DNA from: Dipteris shenzhenensis
Lineage: Eukaryota
NCBI GenBank assembly: GCA_047967505.1
Contig: CM106538.1
DNA: 64,000 nucleotides
Direction: 5' to 3' (one strand)
Both the position numbers and the translations under genes were made by a program. A model generated the notes under the pieces. The model was not told where the DNA came from and did no database searches. It was given only the letters and a program-made list of their open reading frames with translations. Numbering within the stretch: position 1 is the first letter of the stretch; the number at the start of each line of letters is the position of its first letter. Of the stretch, positions 21,690-33,241 are shown in pieces.

Positions 21690-24508
21690 AATGCAATCTC
21701 ATTCGTGAGCAGCCCCTGAATCTCAGCTCTTACCGAGCTTCGGGTTTCTCTCGCTTCAGAGCTGACATGCGAGGAGCCTTGGCACTCATCCAAGCTCTCG
21801 AATGCGAGCAAAACTTGAGGTGAGGTTGGGGTGAGGCCATGTGGGCACGACAGCGTGGGGATCTTGAGGTGGAACATTACACGGCTATGAACTCCTGGAT
21901 TTCCTTCTCTACGATAAGCCTGAGCAGCCCTCTTCTGTCACCACCTCATTGTCACTCCTTCCACCTACACACAAATGTATTCTAACATTTCAGCCCACTC
22001 ATGTGTAACTGAATCTCGAGTACATTGATGAATAACACAAATGATATTAATGCTTTGCACACAAAAAGGTTCAGAAATTAAATTACCCTCCGTATGTTGG
22101 GCGGAGTCAAGTTGTTCATCCTACACCTTATCCTTGATGCACGTCACGCTTGCATCTTGGAATTTGCATAAAAAGGCACCAACATGTCTTCAATGCAATT
22201 AACTTATTGATGGAAATTGCTTGTATACAAAAGGAAACAAAAATTAGGAATTGCCATTTGCCTGTTAGGAGAACTTAGGGTCCTCAACCACTTTCTCCTT
22301 GCCCTTCAGACTGTTGGATTCACGGATTTCTACATATCTTGACACCAACCATGAGTTGAAAGGAAGTAGAGATTAATAGTAAACTAGGAAAGTATATTAG
22401 CTTACCTTGTACAAGCCCTTGCTTACATCTGGGGAGCTATCCACAGCTGTATGGCTATGTTGCATCTTTCCTTCACATGGAAGCCCTACGCAAGGATAAA
22501 GGTATTGCATTATAGATCATACAAAAGATGATAGGAGAGAAGGGGGGAAAGGACTTACAGGTTGCATACATGGAAGAAAGTGTCCCCTTGAGCTGCTCCA
22601 AAGCAGCCACAACATGATCCATGGACTCTTGCAGCCTTGATATTCCATGGACAACCTCTCATGTCTAAAGGGAGTCTTTGGTCGAGTAACCAAGTCGATT
22701 GTCTCTCACGTTGTCTCTACACGTGGCTTGCCTACAAGTCGACAACCATGAGACTATATATGAAAGCAAACCATACTATAGACAACAGCCCAAACAAATA
22801 TGAGATCTATGAAAACAGCCCGTATGTAAATGTTCTATGCATATGACATACATAAAAGGTTTCGACCATACATGACACAAATGAAAATAGCCCGATTGCA
22901 TGTGAGAAGAATGAAAACAATGAGCAGCTCAAATGAACACAAGAACATCCCAACATTCAGCAACATAGCTGTGATATACACTTTATACTTTCCATACTGT
23001 ATGACACTGAGATGCCATATCAATGTATCCGATGTCAACTTCACAAAACCAAATTCCAGCTCTCCCATGGTCTCCACACATGGCTTGCCTACAACTTCAC
23101 AAAACCAAATTCCAGCTCTCCCGTAGAGACCATGGCTTGCCTACAAAGAAGTTGACAACCGTGAGCCCGAATGCATGTGAGAACAATGAAACATGGAGCA
23201 GCTTGAATGAACACAAAAACATGCCAAAATTCAGCAACATAGCTGTGGCATATTCTTTATACTTCCATACTTCATGACTTTTGAATATCCCATACTTATG
23301 AATTTGAAATAATTCCCAATATAAAGCTGAAATAAAAGCAATGTAGAGCCCTGCTTTACATACTCACACAAAAGCTGAAATATGGCAACAAAAAGCCTTG
23401 CGTCTTGTACTTTATGAAGCTGAAGTAAAAGCAATATAAAGTCGTGCTTCCCACACCCAATAAAAGCAATAAACATCCTTGAAATAAGAGCAATAAAGGC
23501 ACTAGAAAACCCTGCTTCCCATAGTCAAATACAATCTGGAATAAAAGCAATTTGTAGCGCTTATTCTCATACTTTATGAAGCTGAAATAAATGCAATATT
23601 CTGCCAGGCTTCCCATGCAAATTGCTGCTTCCTGGCAATCCTTCCCTACTAGACATTATGACATCCTTGCAATACTTTCCATGCTTATGAATTGAAAGCA
23701 TGGCTTCCCATATATTATGAGCTGCACTAAAAGCAATAAAAAGCCCCGCTTCCTATACTTTATAAAGTACATGATTTCTGTTCATATGGCCCAATTCTAA
23801 ATGTACATGGCATTCATGAAAAGTTTGAACAGCCCAAACATACATGACAACAATGAAAACAGCCCGAATGCACAAGAGAACAATAGAAACTTTGAGCAGC
23901 CTGAATGATTACGAGAACATCACTGAATTTAGAAACATACCTGTGGCCTTTGAAGAATGCTCCATAGATTCTTTATCAGCATCCCTAGAGCCATGTAAAC
24001 GATGTAATATAAGGCCATCCACCAGATCCTCCACCAAAGCTGTGTTTGTGAAAAAAATGCTTGCATATATATCCATCCCGTCCTTTACATAGCGCTCCAC
24101 AAATTCCTTTCTCTCTTGCTTGATCACTACTTCATCTCCATGCTCTCTAGACCATAACTTCGATGCCTCACGAACAAGGCGTTGTCTATTCTTCATGAGT
24201 CTATGCTTGTTGCATTTAACGACGTCACGAGCTTGCAATGAGGCACCACCTTTGTTTGGTAACTCCTGCAATAGGGAATTGCCAATAAAGATGGTATATT
24301 TGGGTCAAGCCTTCAGTTTACTCTTGCCATGCCAAGCACAAACATGTCTTCCCAATTCTTGTTTCCCTAAAAACGAGTGGCAGACATCACAAAGCAAGCA
24401 AGCCCACACAAATGACAAAGGGGCACAATTTATTAGCGGAGAGGGCACCGTGCACGGGTTGCTTAATGTCCTGAGAACTTGTTCTTCTGCCTTCTTCATC
24501 GTTGTCAA
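21690..24508 (-). pseudogene. Decayed multi-exon accessory gene inside the Sola-like element; N-terminal C2H2-like motif
   Basis: ORFs 24508-24305 and 24271-23909 share a frame across one stop; motif CDVCHSF...LGRHVCAWH. Donor ACAG|GTATG at ~23940 and further AG/GT-bounded blocks near 22731-22559, 22485-22406 and from ~21964. Confidence 0.55.
23240..23790. repeat. Degenerate short tandem repeat (AGCTGAAATAAAAGCAAT units) in the putative intron
   Basis: Motif recurs about 8 times together with CTTCCCATA/TACTTTATGA. Confidence 0.7.
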
Positions 24509-25569
24509 CGATTACTGCATGGTTTCCTCCATCGAGTTGGAGGAAGGGGCTCCTAGGGAGTGACCAGAAGGGGCTCTGATGTAGTGTAGATACTACTAAA
24601 CCAGATTTTTTACATCCAAGGCTCTCTGACGGAGAAAGAGAAAGGGAGATGAGAGGAGGGAGGGGAGAAGAGCTCAGTGGAGGGAGGGATGACACAATGA
24701 GAGCTCTCACGCTCTGGGGTCATAACGGAGAAGGAGGGAAACAAGAGAAGGCCGAGAGATGCTCTGACAATTCAAACCCATGGATGGCTTGCATGCCTAA
24801 GATACATGCATGCATGATGCTATCTCTGAGTAGCTGTTAGAAAAGGATTTCCTGGTGTTGATCAAGGGTCCCACCAATGTGGGCACTACTTCAAGTCTAG
24901 CCTAACTACATGTATCTCTATGCCACTAGGCTATTCAGCAATTAATAAGACAAGATACAAGATCGATACTTCGTATTGAAGAAAAAAGAGAGCCTGTAAA
25001 TTTCATGCATGCTCAGTCAAAAAGATAAGGGAGCGTATCTATGAGGACAAAATGCCTCAATTCGAGAGGATATATTTTGTTTAAGGCAAAGCACTGACAG
25101 CATGAATCACTAGGTGGTAAGAAGGAAATACTGTGTACAGCTTGAAGGAGAAAATAAGAGAAAGCTACGAATGAAAGCAGAGTAGACAACCATATGATGC
25201 CAAGAAAACACTGAGTGGTTTTATTCATTGCAAGTCTACATTATATAGACTCGCTTGGCCCCAACTTGGCGCCTTATTACAATCCACTAATCTCTACTAA
25301 CAACTCATGATTCCTGGTTGCTATTGCAATTACTTTGGCTGTTATTATTCCTAACAATTGCCTGATGTAAGCACTGATGTTTATTAGTTGCATCACTCCT
25401 ACCCATCAAGCAATGTTTATTGACTCCTACCCAAAACAAAGGTACTAACTTCAAAACTTCTACTTATTACAAGTCATGGAGGACAATCATTGGCTACATC
25501 TTCTTCTTCTGCAATTGGTTCTTGGATGATTGCTATTGATGATGATTCTCTCCCACCCAGCAAGCAGCT

Positions 25570-26730
25570 TGAAATTATCTACTTCAAGGTCTATGCAAAG
25601 TATCATGCTCATCAAACATCGTTTGCATGGGTGGACATGTGTATTTTCCCATTTCTCACCACATGTCATACATGAGTATCAAAAGGAATACGCGTCGACG
25701 TGCTCTTATGGCATGTGCATCATGGTTGGACATGCATATGATTGCCTTTTCACAACACGTGACAGAGATGTGTATCAAAAAATAACTGCCGATGTGCTCC
25801 TATGACATGCACATTCGTTCGATGGGTACGATACTTTGCACATGCCTTATAATTATTTAATTTAAGGACTGTAGAAAGTATCACACTCATCAGACACTAT
25901 TTGCATGGTTGGACATGCATATTCTCCCCTTTTTACACCATGTGTCATAGATGAGAATAAAAAAATACGCACTAGCGTGCTCCTATCACATGTGCATTTC
26001 TGCTATGGGTACGAAATTTTGCACGCAATTAAAAATTATATACTTCAACATCCGTGCAAAGTATCAAGCTCATCAGACACCGTTTGCATGATTGGACATA
26101 CATATTTTTCTATTTTTTTGCCACGTATCATACATTAGTATCGAAATAAATACGCGTTGACGTACTGCTATGGCGCATTCCTTTTTTTGATAGCTATGAT
26201 ACTTTGCAAACATCCTACAGTTATTTTATTTAAGGCCCTTGTGAGGTATCACACTCATTAGACACCGTTTGCATGCTTGGACATGCATATTTTTTCATTT
26301 TAACATCACGTGACGTAGATGAGTATAAAAAAATACACACCGACATGATCCTATGACATGTACATTTCTCCAATAGGTATGATACTTTGCACACACCTTA
26401 TGATTATTTATTTTAAGGCCCTTGCAATTCATCATAGCCATTAGACACCATTTGCATGGCTAGACATGCTTGTTTCTTCCATGTTACCAGAGTAGTGTCA
26501 AAAAATATGCATAGCATGCTCCTACCACATGTGCATTTGTCCGATGGGCATGATATTCTACAAACAAATTAAAATTATTTGCTTTAAGTTCACTGCGAAG
26601 TATCATGCTCATTAGACACCATTTGCATGGTTGGACATCCATATTTCTCCTTTTTACACCACGTGCCATACATGAGTATCTAAAACAATACGTATTTACG
26701 CAATCCTGTGGCATGTTCTTTGTCCGATTT
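25570..26730. repeat. Tandem array of ~170-185-bp units (about 6-7 diverged copies)
   Basis: Recurring TATCAYRCTCATYAGACACCRTTTGCATGGTTGGACATGCATATT core near 25600, 25880, 26060, 26245, 26430 and 26600. Confidence 0.85.
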
Positions 26731-26789
26731 TGGCTAGAAATGCTATACCTCAACCTCATGTTTCCATCAAAATTTCTAACGGTGATGCA

Positions 26790-28579
26790 TCATTGAAAGG
26801 CATCTTCCAGTGGGCTTGACAAAACTTGAAGTATTTAACTCTATTGTAGAAAAACAAAGACAAAGAGGGCATGCTATGGCTTCTTCTCAAGCTATATATA
26901 CTCTTTGGAAGAAGAATTTGGATTTGTTAAAATCCAAAAGAGGCAAAAATGTCAAAGTGCAATGAGTGTGATGATTATAAGCGAGAAATCGAGAGTGCAA
27001 CATCTCCATATCAAGGGGAGTTATTCAAAGCCAGGTGACAATCTTGTTCAACATTCCAAACAAAAATATGCATTTTGAAAGGAGCAAGCCATTTCGCATC
27101 CGAATGAGTACATGTGCCTTATTGTAGATGGCATGGATCAGAATATAACAACATTTCCTCATTTTGTTGCCACTCCACCTAAGTTACAAGGAAAGCACTT
27201 TCTAAAGACACATTTATGTGGAGTGTTGGTGCATGGAATTAAGCTTTATGCTGATATATGGATTGATTCATTGCTTCTACATGATACCAATCAAGTGGTA
27301 ACATCATTTATGAAGGCAATTTGCAATGTACATGCAGAAAAAGGTCGCCTACCACTAACTTTGAGAATACAAGGTGATAATTGCTCACAAGAAAATAAAA
27401 ATGTTTTCATGTTTGGATTTTTCTCGATATTAGTTGCTCATCGAATATTTAGTGACGTTGAAGTTGGATTTTTATATGTTGGGCATACACATGAGGATAT
27501 TGATCAGGTTTTTAGTACAGTCTCAAGAGAGCTAAAATGTAGGGATGTGGAGACGATAAATGACTTGGTAAGAAAATGTGGGAGGCAAGTTGGTGGCCAT
27601 AAGGAAAGTAGAATAAGTGAGAGGCTCGACAAAATGCGTGATTAGAAGGGCTTCATTAATCCTTTCATACAGTAGGGCGGTGAGGCTTTGATAGGTCATA
27701 CCAATCCACACTACTTTTGCTTATTTTTAAAGGATGCAAAACCAGTAATGCAATGGCAACAATATTCTCATGATACAATATGGGAACCTGAAGAGCCTTA
27801 TAGCCTCTTAACTTCAATTCCTAGCAGGGAAATGCATCCAAAGTGGGCACCTACAAAAGAATTCAATGAAAGATCTAAGTGTGAATTAGAAGGCTTGAAA
27901 GCATTTATTACATACAAAGAGGATATCCTAATTCAAAGCCCTTGGATTGAACACACTACCACCATAATTAACAAAATACGCAATTTGATAAAGGACCTTA
28001 AGAAAATGCGAGCAAAGAATGTCGAGAAAGCATGCCCTTTGTTTTAGCCAAATGTTCATAACGATGTGCGCCAAGCTCCAATCTTTGAAAGTGAATTTGA
28101 ATCACTACTCCCATGTCCATATTGTGGTCCGAGGACGAGAGAGTTCTTGCCAGAAGTAGATATAGAAGTTGATTGTTTTGTTGTGGTTTGGACCATCGGA
28201 TGAAGAATGTGAGAATGTGAAGTTCTGGGTTGCAAAAGTAGTTGACATGAGAAGAGATGATCAAGGGAGAGCTATAGCATTTACAACTCCATGGTATGAG
28301 CCAAAGGGAAGGAAGGAGAATATGGATGACAACACATTGTACAGTAATTGTATAAGAAAGGAATGGGTCCCAAACCATGAACCAGTCTCAGAGGTTTCAA
28401 TAGAGACAATCATTGTGTCTTGGTATTCAAGGGCAAAGAAATCAAAGAAGCACATGGGATATGATGTAGAAGGAAAAATAAGAATACCGCAACCAAGTAT
28501 TTTGCATATACATAAATTTTTAAGGATGCTCTCTAGGGAGGAAGTAGAAGAAGACACTGCAAATGAAAAATGTCCCTGA
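26790..28579 (+). pseudogene. Sola1-type DDD transposase with frameshifts and stops
   Basis: HLPVGLTK...IYTLWK, SKCNEC, IVDGMDQ (D at 27127), IQGDNCSQENKN (D at 27376), FLYVGHTHEDIDQVFS (D at 27502), then PHYF..F, and a probable C-terminal FWVAKV...WY domain (28169-28579). Confidence 0.8.
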
Positions 28580-30194
28580 TTATAGTATCTTTGTTGAAGT
28601 CCATGAGGATTTGTCTCACAAGAAGAGCAAATCACCCTTCAATATGTGTTGTCTTTCAATAGCATTCAAGCATCAATGAAAATGAGAGTAAATGCAGATG
28701 GCACCCAAGTGGCAAGAGGTGAGACAGAGGAAACCCTAATCCAACAATCGAATAGGATCTTCAAGCAGACAAAGATGAAATTCGATCATTATGAAGGTGG
28801 TGGGTGGTACCCATCACCAACCAATTATTATGCAAGCCGTGCGTAGTATAGAGTCCTTGCATAGTTTGTCATATGAGAGTCAATGCAAACATCAATCAAG
28901 AAGAAAAAGTGGTAGCACAATGGCAACTCAATGCACATGGCAAGAGCCAAGACAACGGCGCGTCAGTACAGATGGCTCCCAAGTTATTGCACATGCAAAA
29001 TTTAATGATAAAAAGGTTGTGGATAGTACTATTTGTCTCTTTGGTACAAAGGCTCCTTTAAGAGAGCAACATTTCTTGTAAACATATGATGTATTTTTTA
29101 AAGAAAAAGTCCTTGAGAGTAACATTTCTTGTAAAGTTTTGATAGCTATTGCTATTCTTTGGAATACAAAAGAGTCTTCCATGTCTCTTGTTATTAAAAT
29201 GTTTTAAATTTGTGCATATCACGAGTGGCAATGTTATTTAGTACATGGAGTTTCAAATGGTTTGTCATGGATTTAAATTAACAAGAAAAAATTATTTTAA
29301 AAAAAAGATATAAAATAAAGAATAAAGTTAAAAAATAAACATATTTATAAATTTAAAAAATATTTAGAAATAACTTAAGAAAAAATCTAATTTCAAAAAT
29401 ATGATGGTTTCAAACAAAATTCTTGCATTATTAGTGCAAAAACGTAGAGTAAAATAATTTGGACATGGTAGTACCACAAAGTAAAGTTTGGATTTGGGAA
29501 GGAGATTTTCACAAAAGTAAACTTTTCATTTGGAAAGGATTTTTGGGCTTTCTCCAAAAACAAAAATAAAGTCCAAAATTAATGAATTAGGTGTTATGGG
29601 CTGAAAATTGCTTATGTTAATAAGTGTGAGTAGGTTTAAAAGAATTATATTACTCACATTAATATGTGGGCTAGATTTTGGTTCTGTTAATAAGTGGTCT
29701 AAAGTGAGTTATTCTATTTAGAAGTGGGCTGAAAATTGCTTCTATTACTAAGGGTTGAAATGAGTTAAGATCTCTGAAATGAGTTAAGGGCTCTCCTTGA
29801 CATGAAGTTTCAACATTGTGGATAAGTGCACTGAAATAAGTGGTCAGAACATTGCTTCAATTAATTAGTGGGCTAAAGAATAAGTGGGTTGAAGTCTTGT
29901 TATTGAGTGGGCTGAAGGGCTATTGCTGCTAATAACTGGGTCTTGGTATTTCTCTCATGTTTGGGCTGTTTAAATTTCTCTCATGTTCTCTCATATGGGT
30001 AGCATTGGATCATGTACTTCATAGATACTTGTGTACTTGACATATAAGTGTGCAGAAAATTGCTTCTGTCAATAAGTGAACAGGCTAAAATGAAATATAT
30101 TACTTACCATCAATATGTGGGCTAGAATTTGGTTCTATTAAAAAGTGGTATGAAATGGAAATTTCTATTTAGAAGTGGGCTGAAAATTGCCATT

Positions 30195-30790
30195 GAATCA
30201 AATATTTCCATTTAATAGAATCCAACATAATCAAATTGTTTATTCTTGCTATGCACCAGTTCTTCAAGTTATCTTTGGGGCCACCTTTGGGTATAAGCTT
30301 GATCATCCCAATATTAATCCGAGGGTCCAAGAAGCCCTTTGACTAGGAGTCTTGCCATAGAAGAAGAAGGCGGGGGCCAATTGTGTCACAAAAGACCTAG
30401 TAGAACTCGATTGGAAGTCTATATTCTCTAGGAGTTTTACCTTTTGACATAGAGTGCACCCTTTAGCTCCTCCAGTGAGAAATCCTTGTCCAAGAAGATG
30501 GAGTCAAACCTTTGTACAACTTCTTTCTAACCAAACAACATTTTTCTCTTGCCCTAAGTTTCTCAGTAGAACAAATTTTTGGGCTCCCAAGTATATCTTC
30601 TAGATAATCTGTGACTATTTTTGCTATCTCTATAGGGTCTTGAACTATGCAACCCTCAAACCAAAGGAGCTCTATAGACTCTTGGGCCTGCTTCTTTCTC
30701 ATAATGCGAAACATATCCTGCCCACCAATATCTTTTGTAAATTCTAGTTTTTGAACACATAATTGATGCACCATTTTATCATGTATTTTT
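30195..30790 (-). mobile_element. LINE ORF2 remnant (region before RT)
   Basis: QDPIEIAKIVTDYLEDIL followed by decayed K(S/T)PG.D...EFY-like sequence. Confidence 0.6.
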
Positions 30791-30988
30791 GGCTTTGGAG
30801 GTGCTTCCCCTCAACCCCCACCAACAAGGGACTAAATAGTTGTGTTTGGCCCCCTTGAACCCCCCTAGAAATGGTCCTAAAAGGGGGGGATTTCCCCCCT
30901 CCTCATAGAGTGGGTATAAACATGCTTGGGTTCAAAGCACAACTAAAACTAACCCCCCCAAAAAAATGATAAGGATTCACATTCAACA

Positions 30989-31375
30989 GTCTCCTAGTTG
31001 GAGATGGATCATAGTAACTCCATCATTACTACACTCACTCGGTCTTGCAGTCTCTCACATTTTTTCTCATTCTTGAAGACCAATTGAAATTAAGCAAGAT
31101 CCCAACTTCTCCCTAGTCACTATGTTAGTGAAACATGTCTGCATGATTTTAGTGTGTATCTTTTGCAGCTTCAATTCTCCATCCTCCAAAATCAATTGGA
31201 TGAAATGATGCATGAGCTGTATATGTTTGGTTCTTGAATGGAAGGCTAAATTCTTTGCTAGATGAGTAGCACTCTGGCTATCATTATACAAGATGTAGTT
31301 TTCTTGATTCTTCCCAAGTTTCTCCATAAACCCCTACTATCAAATCATCTCTCTACTAGCCTCTCTAACTCCAAC
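30989..31375 (-). mobile_element. Copia RNase H C-terminal remnant ending at a PPT/LTR junction
   Basis: LYNDSQSATHLAKNLAFHSRTKHI...KIHT; purine tract followed by TGTTGAATG on the minus strand. Confidence 0.85.
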
Positions 31376-31929
31376 ATTGTTGTCTCTAAACTAGCAGGTT
31401 GCAACATGGTAGCAAACTTCACAAGGTGAAGTTTGCATGTCCGGTAATACAGTTGAAGCATGTACCTACAGGAGTCCAAGAACATGCCAAAACTCATCCT
31501 CTAAAAACACAATATATTGTGCACTTTCAATCTCATGATAGTCACAAGTTTGAAAACCATAAACTCCATCACACATGGCAGGGACTAGCTACTATGACAT
31601 CCCCACTGACGTCATCAGTGCCCAATAGTGGGTGTAGACCATAGTATATGTAAGAAAGGAGCAAGCAGGATGCAAGGGAGCAAGAGCTAGGGAGCCAAAA
31701 CGTGAAAGCTGCAATAGATAAGATTGATACGAAAGTAGTGTGAAGGTGGTTTTGTCTAAGTGACAAAACCACACTAACCCACTAACTGTGGTTAGGGAAA
31801 AAACCTCTACATTGGTCACTGCCTAGAGTTATGGCAACACCACGGCTTCCACAAGAAGAGCAGGGTATTCTCAGTATATGTAGGGTTTCGAGGCTTTTTG
31901 TCACCTACAGATATATCAAGGTTATCGTT

Positions 31930-32910
31930 TGTAGTATACCTATAGCTTAGGACCTCGAGTCATATTTTAGTAAGAGATGTAGGCGTAATTGTGGTAAGCA
32001 AACATAGTGCATGCATGTGTGAAAGGAACATGCATTATCATAGTTGAGGTAATGAAGTCTTTCGCCTTCATTGGGGGTTGCAAGGTTTACGAGGAGTTTA
32101 AGGGTTAGAGGGAGGTTCAAGGTTTAGAAGGAGGTTCCAGGGTTTAGAAGGAGGTTCGAGAGTTTAGAAGGAGGTTCCAGAGTTTAAAAGAGGTTCCAGG
32201 GTTAGAAGGAGGATCCAAGGTTCAGGGTAGAGTACATGGTGGAGAACTCCTCTCCCTCGTAGTTCATGGAGGTTAAGGGTTGAGGAACTAAGGGTTTAGG
32301 GAGGGAGAGGAAGAAGATGTAAGAGCATGGGGGGAAAGGAGATAGAGAAGAGGGAGGAAGAGGAGGGAGGAGGAGGAGGGAGGAGGAGGAGGAGGGACAG
32401 GAGGAGGAGGACGAGGGAGAGGAGGAGGAGGAGGAGGAGGAGGAGGAGGAGGAGAGGGAGAGGATGGGTTGCAAGAGTGGAGGAGAGGGGAGGAGGAGTT
32501 GCAAGGTTAGGACATGCTTTTCAATGTGGAGTGCAAGGAAGCATGGACACTTGAGACAATTGCTTGGAATACCAAAGAGAAACTCAACACAATGCCCCAA
32601 AGAGTGTGGGCTTCATTCCATTATGGGGTATTTATACAAGTTGGAGAGCTTCTCTCTCTGCATGTAGGAATTGTAAGACATTCTCTCTCTACATGTAGAA
32701 CTTCTGTATAGAAGTTGCATGTAGAACTCGCATGTTGCATGTTGCATGTAGGAGTTGCATGTAGAACTCGCATGTAGAACATGCATGTAGGACTTGCATG
32801 TAGAACTCACATGTAGAGCATGCATGTAGGACTTGCATGTAGGAGTTGCAAGTAGAAGTTGCATGTAGGAGTTAACTCGCATGTAGGAATCAAAAGTAGA
32901 ACTTGCATGT
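31930..32910 (-). repeat. Isolated (solo-like) LTR of the Athila-like family
   Basis: Colinear with 13396-14180, including the TATAAATA box; begins TGTAGTATA; right boundary approximate and no TSD found. Confidence 0.75.
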
Positions 32911-33241
32911 TGAGGACTCCTAAGATAGATTATTCCTAGCCTGAGAGCTTCATCAACTACGAAAGGCACTTCACCAGCTGACCTCTTCCATCCAACACCA
33001 ACCGAGACTCAATGAGCTCCAACACTCCTCCATGAAAGCGAGCAACATGGCTGACTAATGAAGAGTTTGACTAGCACTCCAAAGGCACCAAGTTGGCTTC
33101 TAACGAGCCAAATTTGAGCTACTTGCTGTGCCATCGGCTCCAATATTCCATTGCCTACTCTAGCACCACCAACCATGACCATAGCTCCATCTGCAAATGA
33201 CTAAGGTAGCTACCATCTTTGAGCAAAACCAACCAATCTCC

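Larger units (their letters stand above)
21360..30190 (+). mobile_element. Sola1-like DNA transposon (~8.8 kb), termini truncated or eroded
   Basis: Inverted subterminal motifs (ACTCATTTCAG/TTTCAGCCCACT at left, CTGAAATGAGT/AGTGGGCTGAAA at right; ~21450-21522 is reverse-homologous to ~29751-29806) enclose a DDD transposase. Confidence 0.7.
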
